A DNA stretch of 64,000 bases from Cyanidioschyzon merolae (lineage: Eukaryota), in assembly GCA_000091205.1 (NCBI GenBank), contig AP006502.2; one strand, written 5' to 3'. Within the stretch, counting starts at the first letter, position 1, and each line of letters begins with the position of its first letter. A program made the position numbers and the translations under genes. Below the pieces are notes generated by a model. It searched no databases. It had not been told where the DNA came from and saw only the letters and a program-made list of their open reading frames with translations. This document shows, one piece after another, positions 12,001-22,479 of the stretch.

Positions 12001-12366
12001 GTTCATTTGAAGGAATAAAAATCCAGGAAAAGGTATGGATGTGCAGGTCGGGGATCTTCGCGGTCTGTCAATACCAGTTGCCCGAAGAAGATCGAAAAAT
12101 CCACTTCTCGCCGACTATCGGGCGAGGAAGCGCAAGTGAATATGAAGATGGACACGGCAGATAGACGAGGAAAGATGTTTGGCCGACGGGAGGATCACAA
12201 GCCTGCAGCGGTACGAGTGGCTCGAGTTCGGGCAATCCTTGCATTGGTTCGTTCAGTTCGAGGCAACGAACGCGCGGAGTTCCTGAAGCGAGACATCAAC
12301 GCCGTCATTCAACATCAGACTATGTGTGGTGTTGAAGTCGAGACCCGGGGAGCTTTCGATATCTAA
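12001..12366 (+). repeat. repeat family 2, copy 1: conserved ~135-bp leader plus short conserved ORF (MKMDTADRRGKMFGRREDHKPAAVRVARVRAILAL...)
   Basis: About 75% nucleotide identity to 15347-15560 and 63714-63990, for example ttctcgccgactatcgggcgaggaagcgcaagtgaatatgaagatgg. The ORFs align at the protein level with many substitutions and a preserved frame. Confidence 0.45.
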
Positions 12367-13501
12367 CCTAGTGGGGGTGCCTCTCAGACTCGAAATGGTA
12401 TCCGGATAAGAGCTGAAACGGATAGCAGTCGGTCGGCCAAAAATGGCTGGGAAGCGTCTGCGCGTGAGTCTTCATGTACCTTCCATGATCTTGGGTGGTT
12501 TTGTTTCACTCACGATTTGGGCGAATACACGACTGAATCGCCGCAAGGGCTGATGTTTTCGGAACGCTCGCTGCGCTCTTCTTTACGACCAGCAGTATAT
12601 GGGCGCTCTTCGCGCGCCTATACACAAGCCTATCATTTTCCCCGAATGACGTCTCATCGCATGAGACGCATACACTTTCATCCTGTCATACGCTTTCGCG
12701 TTTCATTACAAACTCGACGGCGCTTGTTGCTGAAAGCGTGACGGTCTACCATAGAGGCATGCTTTTTTCTTTGTCCATCCGTGTCTCCTCATTACGATGC
12801 GTTCCAGCGGTTCAGATGCCTCACATCCTACGTCTTCTAAGGGAGCAATTTCTCGACAGCGTACGTATTGGATCGCATGCACAAGGCTACAGTCGTGCAG
12901 GCACAGTTTGTTAGATTCTGTTTTGGACGTGCGACTTTCAGGATAAGAACGACGACGACGACGACGAGAAAGGTTGCTCAACCAGCTGCTGACCAAAAAG
13001 TAACCGACATGGACACGAAAGGTTGTTTTTTTTCGCAACCTCTCCCCGATCTACAAAATGCATTCCTTTTGTTGAATACATGGGAGAAAAACAAAAACAA
13101 ACAACAAAAAAGGCGAGCTGGAGCACATGCTCCAGAATGCACTGCTCCAGCTTGAGCGATCGCTTGCATGGAGCAAGCTTGTCAAGTTCGTTGATGGATC
13201 TTACTTCACCTAGTCTGAAGCGTTTTCGGGGCGAGAATCCTTTGTTAGTCTAAGGGAACAGGTATACCTCTCGGGACGATGCTCGCTTAAGGCGAAGATC
13301 TCTATCACAATGGCAAATATATCCTAGTATCTATTCTTTTGCTGAGCGGCTCTTTACCGCGTTATTACTCAAGCGGGCCGCGTTTGATCACGATTTCACC
13401 GGGAAATCGCGCTCCTCTGCAAGTCCATAACTTGCGCTCCTGTTTGTATAGAAACATCAGCTTTGCGATTGCCTGATATTCTAACCTGAGCCCCATGGCT
13501 T

Positions 13502-15013
13502 CTACAATGTTTCCGAGAGCAGGCCCCCACTACTAAATGCCAGCGTTCGTGAATCCCGCAACGGTGCCTCTTGGGACTCTTGTTTGTGTTCGCTGTTGCT
13601 GGGACAGGTGTGGAAGTACGACTGGCCTGGGCCCAAGCTGATATACTTCGGATGGCGGCTGCGCCCCCAGTGTCGTAGCAGACAAGGTGCGTAATCGAGC
13701 TTGATTTGTACAGTCTCGTGTCGGTAATTACGATACATGGTCCCGTACGGAGGCCAGAATTCACGCGAGACCCCTTGTCGCCGCATCTGGAGATACTCGG
13801 ATACGGTGAGATAGATGCGGCCCGCGTTATGCTCCAGATGCGAGGCGATCTGCTCCAGCAGATACTCTTCTAAGAAAGCAGGGTCTAAGTTCTCATCCAA
13901 ATCTGGGACGTCGATACGGTTGCTCTCATAAAGATCAAAGTATCCCCAGCAACGCGATCTGCTATGCTTTCCATTAGCATGCGGCTGCAGCGGCATTCTC
14001 CCTTGGCATAACGCATGCAGTTTGCTCGCCTGCCCGAGCGCCACGTTGAATCCAGGTACCTGCGTGGACGCCAGAGTTCGTCGTTGTGCGCAGACGCCGT
14101 TGATATATCCCAAAGTCCATTCATCATATGGTGATCCGAACACCGAAGGCTCATAGCCCCAGATTTCTCGAAAAGCAGTCAATGCTTCTTTCAAGCGTTG
14201 GTGAAGACGACGAGCTGCGAGCCTGTGATCTGCACTCCACCAGGTGAACTCGCTATGCAGAGCATGTGAGTCTCGCCCACAGAGCCGATTCTCCACGAGG
14301 CACGCTCGGGCTGCATTCCTGCTCCAGGTTCCATTGTATGACAACGGGGCATGATCGGCGAGACTCTTCAGGAACTGAAAGGTGTACGTTGGCGGGTTGT
14401 GTGTGCTGATTCGCGGCACCACGAAACCATCTATGATTTCTACATCAAGGACTTCTGGTTGCCTGCGAATTTCCTCCAGCCAACGACGTGGATGAAGCAC
14501 ACTTCGGCCTCCAAACTCGGGTCTAAGGTTTCGCTGGTAAAACCAGTTGCGGAGCGCCTCCAACGCCTGCGCGTCGCCAATACTTTGTTCCATATATGTC
14601 GCGCGCCCTCTGGGGCCAGACCGCTCGACACCAGGTCTCCAGACCGGAAAAAAGACAGTGATTACCGGAGGCTCGCGCCCTTCGGAACGCGAACTCGTTT
14701 GCAGCTCCGTAAACGTGCGTGCGAGCGCCCTGTCGATAGTCCTCAGAACAGAGGTTCCGTAAAGTGTTGGGCCCGTCAGCGCCAAAGTCGTAAAGTTCTC
14801 AGGTTGGAGAACATAGTTAAAAGAAGCGTGCCTCGGATGTAAAATAAAACGATCTTGGAGCGCGGCTGCATGCCTTTTCGTCTGGTGCCGATTGAACAAC
14901 GCTAGCACCAAGCACAAAAGAAACACGAAAAAACCGAAGAGTGCGCACACCAAAAACCTGTCACTAGTGAAAGACTTGCTCTGTCGTCTAACATAGGGTC
15001 GAAACTTATGCAT
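13502..15013 (-). CDS. hypothetical type II membrane protein with a luminal domain
   Basis: A 503-aa ATG-initiated ORF. It has a short basic N-terminus followed by a transmembrane segment (FLVCALFGFFVFLLCLVLALF), then a large hydrophilic domain. No confident family assignment. Confidence 0.4.
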   Translation of the reverse strand: MHKFRPYVRRQSKSFTSDRFLVCALFGFFVFLLCLVLALFNRHQTKRHAAALQDRFILHPRHASFNYVLQPENFTTLALTGPTLYGTSVLRTIDRALARTFTELQTSSRSEGREPPVITVFFPVWRPGVERSGPRGRATYMEQSIGDAQALEALRNWFYQRNLRPEFGGRSVLHPRRWLEEIRRQPEVLDVEIIDGFVVPRISTHNPPTYTFQFLKSLADHAPLSYNGTWSRNAARACLVENRLCGRDSHALHSEFTWWSADHRLAARRLHQRLKEALTAFREIWGYEPSVFGSPYDEWTLGYINGVCAQRRTLASTQVPGFNVALGQASKLHALCQGRMPLQPHANGKHSRSRCWGYFDLYESNRIDVPDLDENLDPAFLEEYLLEQIASHLEHNAGRIYLTVSEYLQMRRQGVSREFWPPYGTMYRNYRHETVQIKLDYAPCLLRHWGRSRHPKYISLGPGQSYFHTCPSNSEHKQESQEAPLRDSRTLAFSSGGLLSETL

Positions 15014-15346
15014 ATGCCTCGCAAATATTTCAACAAAAAAGAATACCCTCGCCGCGAAGTCCAGCGTCGGTTGCAGGCAACGTCACCAGTGCTTCGCTGG
15101 TATCGAAGCGTTACTTTGAACGACCCACCGATGCCGGCGGCCGCGTGTCGCTGCTGGCCGTCATCGGCGGTGACGTGGCTTCTTCTGCAGCCACAATTGC
15201 CTCGATCATCTCTGGACGCAGTGCTGTGGAGCGATGACACGAGCCGGGGGCGATCGTACGAACGATACAGGTGTTTAAAATCAAACGTGTTCCAGGATCA
15301 GGTGCGTGTTCTCACATCCTTGTTCGCAGTTCATAGCAGATGCGTT

Positions 15347-15763
15347 CGAAAAGCTTTCATTTGGAGAAATAGAAATCCGAGGGAAAGGTAGCGCATGGAC
15401 GTTGGGGATCTTGGAGGGCTGTCAGTGCCAGATGTCCGGGAAAAAACCGAAAAATCCTATTTTCGCTAAGTATCGAGCGAAGAGTAGCAACTGAATATGA
15501 AGATGAGGAGGCGAGGTGGGCGAGAAAAGGTGTTTGCACGACGGGATGATGACGAAACTGTAGTGATGCAGAGAGCTCGAGTTCGAGGAAGCCTTGCACG
15601 TATGAGTTCAACCAGAGGCAATAAATGCAAGGAGTTCATTAACCGAGGCTTCAGCGCCATCAGCAATATCAGACGAGGTGCGGTGCTAAAGACGAGACCC
15701 AAGGAGCTTACGCGATTCAACGTTGTCGGGCAGCATCTGATGCTCGAAATGATGCCCGGATAA
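15347..15763 (+). repeat. repeat family 2, copy 2 (ORF MKMRRRGGREKVFARRDDDETVVMQRARVRGSLARM...)
   Basis: Homologous leader (gctttcatttggagaaatagaaatccgagggaaagg...) and ORF. It lies 180 bp from family-1 copy E. Confidence 0.45.
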
Positions 15764-15942
15764 AAACTGAACCGGAGAGCAAGCTGTCTGTCAAAAATTG
15801 ATGGGAGGCGTGTGTGCTTGGGTAACAAGTTACCCTCTACGGCCGTAGAACATTTCTCGTGTTCCCGATTATAGATACATAACATACTCATGGTCGCTGA
15901 AGTTCGGTTTCTCATTCTATGTCGTCATCATCAGTCTTTGAG

Positions 15943-16300
15943 GACCTTTTACGCGACTGCCTCCTTTTCCTACCTCTGATATCCGGCTTTGAAGACGGCG
16001 ATCGTTGCGCTCACTGCTGCTCTTTTTTCAGCAGTCTGAGGATGCTCATGGATGCGTCCAAGTAAGGAGTTAGCCGCTCCTAGCTTTCTTATAACGCATT
16101 TCAGGCGCAGACCGCAGCTGGGATATTTGCTTCGCATGCTATTTTCACCTTCATCGTAGACAATTTCGGTTCGCCTTTCGCACCGGTGACACTTGGCTGT
16201 GGTCGGGTCTTCTCGTGCGTCCGCTAAACCGCATTCATGCGCTGCTCTGCGGCTTACGAATGCTTGCTTCATCGCTCGTTATATGCCTGTAACAGGTGGA
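15943..16300 (-). mobile_element. repeat family 1, copy E
   Basis: The minus-strand ORF reads TTAKCHRCERRTEIVYDEGENSMRSKYPSCGLRLKC (CxxC-x17-Cx5C zinc finger). About 75% nucleotide homology to copy A, including tcgcaccggtgacacttggctgtggtcgggtc. It shares the same low-coordinate boundary. Confidence 0.45.
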
Positions 16301-17482
16301 GAAGCGCAAATCCGTGCGGTCTCCAGCCCGACATGAGATTTCAGTGTGGCGTGTGCTCCAAGCGCTGCAGTTCGCGGGGCTGACGTGTGCCTTTCCGATT
16401 CGACCCTGCTTAGATCAGGCCAAAGCCTCGTTGCGATGAATTCAGTATGAGGCACAGCCTACGGAGCGTTGAATGGGATGTACCGGACAAGCTGTTCGCG
16501 CGTTCGGCGCGACTAGAGGCTCCGGTGCATGGGTTCTTCTCCGAACGAGGAAAATTTCCTGTCCAGTGTCGATACCATGGGTCCAGGATGAAATCCGTTT
16601 TGAGCGAATCCCCTGGAAATAAAGCGCTGCCTGCGGCTGTGATTGTCTCATTCTGAAAGATCGTGGAGGCTCCCCAAGAACGCTTCACAATCGCGTTCAA
16701 TCTTTTGCGTGCATCGTTCCGTACGACAGTGCCGCTCGTGTCTATGCGGCACGGCTCCTTGTGCGCAGGCGTCCATTTTATTGAACTGCGACAAGCATGT
16801 ATGGAAACTCTGTTTCAGAGCTTCCCCAGAAGCCCAAGTTCAAACCTTTCTGTAGTCTCGAGTAGCCGTTGAGTCGAGTGCGGACCCAGTATCGTTCTCA
16901 AACATGATAAAATCGTACGGCAAGGTAACCACCGCGAGTGTGATGAAGGGATCGATGCGCTGCTGTGCCTGCAGAATTGAGCAGAACCGACGAAGCGATC
17001 GCAAGACAAACGTGGGGATGTCAGACCTCTTCCTTACCAAATCTTTGCGAGCTCGCGGCACGTGACGGCACCGTCGGCTTATACCCTGTGTATATGAAGA
17101 CCAAGGCAACGTTGCAAGTCGATCGTATTCAGAGCATGCTGTAGCCGCCTCACATCTATTCGGATGTGCGCACTGCGCAGACAATGCTAAATTTTTAGAG
17201 AACAATCCATGACACAATCAGTTCGCGAGTAACCGTCTCTCAAACCCTGTTACGCAAAAGTCCCTCATCTATCAAGAGTCATCGCTTACTGCATGGAGAC
17301 GTTCCCTGCTGGGGGCTGCACACTGATCGGGCGACCGGTGCACCGCGGCACAGCTCGCCATCCGTCGTCGGCGTCCGTTCTGGCTGCAGTCCACGAATAT
17401 CCCGTAACTAAGGAACAGGGTGTTGAACTCATCTGCGTCCAGAAAGGCATTCAAAAGTTCCTGCGGTGCAAGCAGAATCGTC

Positions 17483-18016
17483 CTACACGCGTCGCTGTTT
17501 CCACACTGCGCGCTTATTCTGGGGATGTCTTTTCGAAATGGGTTTCAAGGTTACCACATGTTTCTTCTTTCCAGGGGGCCGGTAGATGTCTCTGCGTTGC
17601 GAGTTTGTCCCTGTTCGACGCACAGCTAGTTGCGCCACAGCACGATCATTTAGGATGGTTTCCCGCTCGTCCCCCGGGTTTAACTCCTGGGGCGTGACGA
17701 CTACCATAGATTCCAAGTCACCTTTCGCTTCGGCCCGCTCAGCTAGCGGCCCGTGCACACAATTTAAACGTGGAGGCTCTGGCGTAGGCACAAAATTAGT
17801 TGCTATCTCAGCGCCACGGTGTCGAGCTTGCTGAACGTTAGAAGTGTCCGCGGAAGCCTGCTGCTGCTGTTGCTGCTGCCGTCGCCGCACAAAGCCGATT
17901 CGGTCATAGAGTTTGCCCGTGATCTGTTCAAGTCTCTCCTGATTCTTGACCGCCAGACGCTCCCGCGCAGCTTTCCGGTATGCTCGCTTTACTTTTGACC
18001 GAATCGACTTGGCCAT
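17483..18016 (-). CDS. LLP/YBL028C-like small basic nucleolar protein (putative)
   Basis: An internal ATG yields a 178-aa basic protein. It starts MAKSIRSKVKRAYRKAARERL, matching the MAKS[LI]RSK start of the LLP/UPF0642 family. It contains a polyQ run and has a basic C-terminus. The upstream part of the track ORF (18017-18298) has no support. Confidence 0.35.
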   Translation of the reverse strand: MAKSIRSKVKRAYRKAARERLAVKNQERLEQITGKLYDRIGFVRRRQQQQQQQASADTSNVQQARHRGAEIATNFVPTPEPPRLNCVHGPLAERAEAKGDLESMVVVTPQELNPGDERETILNDRAVAQLAVRRTGTNSQRRDIYRPPGKKKHVVTLKPISKRHPQNKRAVWKQRRV

Positions 18017-18317
18017 CCTGAGCGAACAAGCCGTTCCCGCAAACGCACTTTGCAACGATGACGGTGTGGCGCGGCGGGCGCGCCTCCGTAGGGACGGAGG
18101 CCTCGCGTCAAGCGCCGACAACAGCCACCGTTGTATATTGCTTTCCTTCGGCATTGTATCGATACTTCTAACCTGAGAATCGCTGTATGCACAATGGTTA
18201 TAGCAGGCATGTCGGAATGAAATAGAATGGGTCCACTTATTGTTCTCAGGCGTGTACGTGGCAGTTTGCAACCCTGCCACGGTTACCATTGTCATCAATC
18301 CTAGCTTTTGTAGAATG

Positions 18318-18720
18318 TTTCATGGACTGCTTCCACTTCCTTTCTCTTATATCTGGCTTTGAAAATGATTGCTTCTCCTTTCCATCCAGCCCTGTTGTCA
18401 GCAGTCGAAATCTATTGATGTCGGTGTTCAAGTCCCGACTACGCGGCTTTCAGCTGTCGTTCGCACATTTCATGTACAGACGGTTGTTGCGCTCGACGTT
18501 TCGTTCGCCATGTTTACCTTCTTTGGTCGCAGACATGGTGCGCCCTTCGCAGCGGTGACACTTGAATGTGGTCAGGTGTGTTCCCTTATGCCAACCAAAC
18601 CGCCCAGCACCGGAGGCTGCACAGTGGCGCGTGCACGCTTGGCTCACCGTTCAGTAAACGCTCTTGACGTGTACAAAAGAATAAGTTCGAAAGCTCCCTC
18701 CAATTCTAGGTCCGGTTCCG
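18318..18720 (-). mobile_element. repeat family 1, copy A
   Basis: The minus-strand ORF reads HKGTHLTTFKCHRCEGRT...RLYMKC. Conserved blocks are shared with copies B, C, D and E: ccagccctgttgtcagcagtcga and tttcatgtacagacg. Confidence 0.45.
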
Positions 18721-20150
18721 TAGCTTGAGATCACATGCTTCATCTGAGCGATGTCCTCGGCAACTGTTTCGTCCTCTTCACGCGAGAACGTATGCTGTTC
18801 CATTCGATAAAGGATTAGGGGAATAAGATGTTGTTCATGATGAACCGAGCCCCGGACGGCAAATTCGAGCTGGAGAACAAGTCAAGCAATGTCGAGCCTG
18901 CTACGCTCCTTCACTTCAAGGCGATGACGCATGCTCGACCGGATGCGATCGCCTCCATGACTCAATCCGAGTCCAAGAACGTTTTTGCTACGCAGCCATA
19001 CGAGACGGGAGCTCCTCGGTGCATCTCCCGAGAGCGGGGTTTCGTGCAGATCTCGAACGCTGTTATGTCGAGGACTCTACCAACAGCACGCTTTGTCTTC
19101 CGAACGGAGTGAATCGGTTATTGGGCATGACATATTCAGTGAACTCACAGCAGCAACACGTGAACATGTCGGCAGGAGACAACCGTAGGGCCCTAGCCGC
19201 ATCAATCAAGCGGTCCGAATGGCTGCGCCTTCGAGTTGCCGTGAAAAGTAAATGTCGAATGCCAGACCAACGATGATTGAGGCATGCTATGCATAAGAAA
19301 GAAAGAAGCGTAGATCCTTGTAAGCATCAACTGAATAATAATATCGATTATTTTACGAACTCTTGTTCAAGTGCATTGCGAATCAAGTATACTCCGGTGT
19401 CGTAACGAACATCAGCAGCTCAGAGTCGAAAGAGCCACTCCGCAAAAACGACCGAGGGCTCTAGGACCGCATATGAATCCGTAAGCCCTTATGACAACAT
19501 TTCGAATGTCGAGGCTGTATATCGAGAAAAGCTCAGGGACAAACTGGAAAGCAGGAGCATCGCGAGTCGTGCAATGCTCGATTTATAATTGACATGGGTG
19601 CAACATCTGAGGAAGCAACTAATGCTGCTTTTGAAACGCTCAGCGTCTCACACGCTTCACAAGAAACTTCCTCGGAAATCATGATCATTTCGCACGCTCC
19701 ACGGCCTGACTATCCATGCTGCAACGTCGAACGCAGGGCGGCGGGTATCCCGCGGACCCATTGCGCTGACAATACGAAGACCCGCGAACTGCGTCGCAAT
19801 GTCCATTTCGTCGCTTCGGTCCTTAGCAAGTGCTCGAGCACGCAGACAAGCAGTCGCCCGCTCGTTTCCTCTGCACTTGGTTACGGTGGGAGCGATTTAT
19901 TGCGTACAAAAAATTCAGCTTCATTTCTTCGCTGAACGAGGCAGAGAACGTTTGGAAGCACTGAAACGGCTGGAGGAGTGCACATCGCCGTGCTTTTCGC
20001 GGAGTTAGACCACTCGCACGTTGCACGCAATTCGAACTGAAGAAACTCCATGCGCTGCTAACAAGTCTTGCACGCGTCTGATAAATCAGCTAGTCCACCC
20101 TATCTTGCCTAGGTATAGGGATACCGCTCGCATTTCTGGTACATTCGATC

Positions 20151-21749
20151 ATGCTTCTGGCGGAAAGCCTCGGCGGCGTCGCTTTTGTCACCGTTCACAC
20201 GGTGCTGTGCGTCGCTGTACTGTACTTACCGTGGAACCGCGGCGACCGAGAAAGCTTCCGTGTCACTTGTCTAGGGGCTTTGAGCACTTGCGCTGTTATC
20301 GCTCTGAGCCTGGTGAATCTTCAGTTGTTCTTCACTGGCTTGACCTGGCGGGAGCTGTCGCGGACGTATCACTGGCTGAGGCCGTGGCACAGCTGGCAAG
20401 TCTATCTACTGGACTCTGGCGGTTTTTTGGTGCTCCTTTTTCTGCACGAGTACAGAAAAAGACAGCAGACTCCAGTTAAGAGTTCGTCATCGAGCACGTG
20501 TGCATCGACGTCGCAGTCCGCTTGCCCGAATGCGGAGAACGGCATCTATCGAAACGAGAGGCGAAATACCTGGTGCATGTTCCGAAGCCTGCTGATCGCA
20601 CCGATAACAGAGGAGCTCCTCTTCCGTTGTGTATTCGATGCAGCAATGAGATCAGCTCAAGTCCCTGAACTTGCCAGCATGATTTTCAACGGAGTCATGT
20701 TTGCCGTAGCGCACGCGCATCACTATTTCCGGCACCAGAGCAGGTCACTTCTCGGAAAGCAGCTTCTTGTAACGTTTTGCTTTGGTTGCGTCCAAGTCGT
20801 TTGCCTGAGACGGACGGATTACTCCCTGTGGGCCTGCATCGCAACGCACGCTTTGGCGAACGCGCTCGATCTGCAGAAAGTTTTCAGTGATAGGGGAGCG
20901 TCACATTTTCTCTACGGCGACGTAGGCCATCAGTTAGGAGCCCTGCTGCAAGCTGCAGCACCGCTCGTATTCATCTTGCGCTATGCGCTTGACATGGCCA
21001 TGCAAGCGAGTCCGTTCCGGTCCTCGATCCTCCAGGTGCATGCGGACCCGGGGCTGCTCGAGGAACGGCGTGAAATCATGCGTCCAACGACGCCGTTTTC
21101 GCTCTTCTTGATAGAATATCATCAGCGTGATCCGATCTTCGGGCGCTTCATGGCTCTCTGCTCCATGCTGCCTCAACTTTTATTCGCCGCAGAGGTCACA
21201 GCTGTCTACTGTTGGCGAAGTCCGCGCGCATTGCTCCTAGCTGTTGGCCAGATTGTGAACGAGACGCTGAGCTACGCACTCAAGCGATCGTGTCGGATAC
21301 CTCGCCCGCCAATCGCTCGACTGGAAGCAGATGCGTTCGGTTGGCCCTCTTCACACGCTCAGTTCATGTCCTACTTGTACGTTTTCTACGTACTCTATGT
21401 GTCTAGGCCACAGCGCAAGGCATCATCGAGCCACAACGGTGAAATGATGCACCAGACGCTTCCGAAGCGGAGGAAGACGACCGATTCAATTTCGGAAACC
21501 GTGGCAGTGATGTTTTTGCTAGGTCTGTCATCCGTTCTGGTGGCTGCCTCAAGAGTATACCTGGCATATCATTATCCCAGTCAGGTTTGGTATGGAATCA
21601 TCATGGGCACTATTTTCGCGATAACCTGGTTCCTTGCGAGTGAAAACGTTTTCTTATCCTACGTTCGATCATTGCGGATTCTCGTATGGCTCGGGTTCGG
21701 CGAAGATGACTCTGACCTGTTTCGCAGTATACTCAGAGATGTGCATTAG
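20151..21749 (+). CDS. in-frame fusion ORF: CAAX prenyl protease 2 (RCE1, CPBP family) N-terminal half plus dolichyl-diphosphatase (DOLPP1/CWH8, PAP2 family) C-terminal half
   Basis: The N-terminal half carries the RCE1 catalytic motifs EExxxR (ITEELLFR), FxxxH (FAVAH) and HxxxN (HALAN) at the correct spacing. The C-terminal half carries DOLPP1-specific PAP2 motifs: KRSCRIPRP (KxxxxxxRP), PSSHAQFM (PSGH) and SRVYLAYHYPSQV (SRxxxxxHxxxQ). The ATG is at 20151 and there is no stop between the two halves. Confidence 0.7.
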   Translation: MLLAESLGGVAFVTVHTVLCVAVLYLPWNRGDRESFRVTCLGALSTCAVIALSLVNLQLFFTGLTWRELSRTYHWLRPWHSWQVYLLDSGGFLVLLFLHEYRKRQQTPVKSSSSSTCASTSQSACPNAENGIYRNERRNTWCMFRSLLIAPITEELLFRCVFDAAMRSAQVPELASMIFNGVMFAVAHAHHYFRHQSRSLLGKQLLVTFCFGCVQVVCLRRTDYSLWACIATHALANALDLQKVFSDRGASHFLYGDVGHQLGALLQAAAPLVFILRYALDMAMQASPFRSSILQVHADPGLLEERREIMRPTTPFSLFLIEYHQRDPIFGRFMALCSMLPQLLFAAEVTAVYCWRSPRALLLAVGQIVNETLSYALKRSCRIPRPPIARLEADAFGWPSSHAQFMSYLYVFYVLYVSRPQRKASSSHNGEMMHQTLPKRRKTTDSISETVAVMFLLGLSSVLVAASRVYLAYHYPSQVWYGIIMGTIFAITWFLASENVFLSYVRSLRILVWLGFGEDDSDLFRSILRDVH

Positions 21750-22479
21750 AACGGCCCCCGGAACTTTCACGGAGCTTGGATTACACGGCAGCGTCGCAGT
21801 ATACCCGTCATTCGACTTTGTATGCACCTCGCTAAAGCTCTAGTGGATACACTTTTAGCCGAGCAGCAACTACCATAAACTCGGAGACTAGTGCTCGTTC
21901 AACGGCGCGATGGGCGCAACACGTGGCAGTTTTCAAGGATATCCGGGCACGCGACTGACTCACCGGCTATGGAAGAATAAAGCTCATCGACAGTGGTTCT
22001 TATGGAATGTGTACGACGTCTCAACGCTGCGAGCTTGCAATGGATCTCGATATCGGCTCGCTCAAAGTTCCTATGGTATGCGCACGGCGCTGCAGCGGAG
22101 CGTGGCTGCGTTGATCCCCTGATGCAGTCTTTCGCCTATCGCTTCGTTGATCTCCAAGGCATGCAACTCAAAAGCGCGCTGCATCTACATGCATGTTTCA
22201 TGCAAGTCTGACGAGGCGCACGCGGGTCCCACGAATGGGAGGATGAGAGTCGAGCACACGGACGCCACAGCAGATCGTGCATTTGCACCGATTGTCTGCT
22301 GTTTGGCTCGAGACTTGCACGGGTGCTCACAGCGAAGTCTCTGTCACGCTGATAACATATGCTGAATTGTCGCAAGCCGGGAATCATCATGAATGGATTC
22401 GCTTGGATCAGAGCTTTGTGGGCAATTTTCCGCAAATCGAGAGCAGAGTTTCACAGGCAGCCTTCGCAGTCGAATACAT

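Noticed and set aside
15975-16075. GAANSLL in family-1 copy E as a second NAA-type RuvC-III motif.
   Set aside because: Nucleotide alignment with copies B, C and D shows it is in a shifted frame relative to the true NAAIN position. It is a coincidental resemblance.
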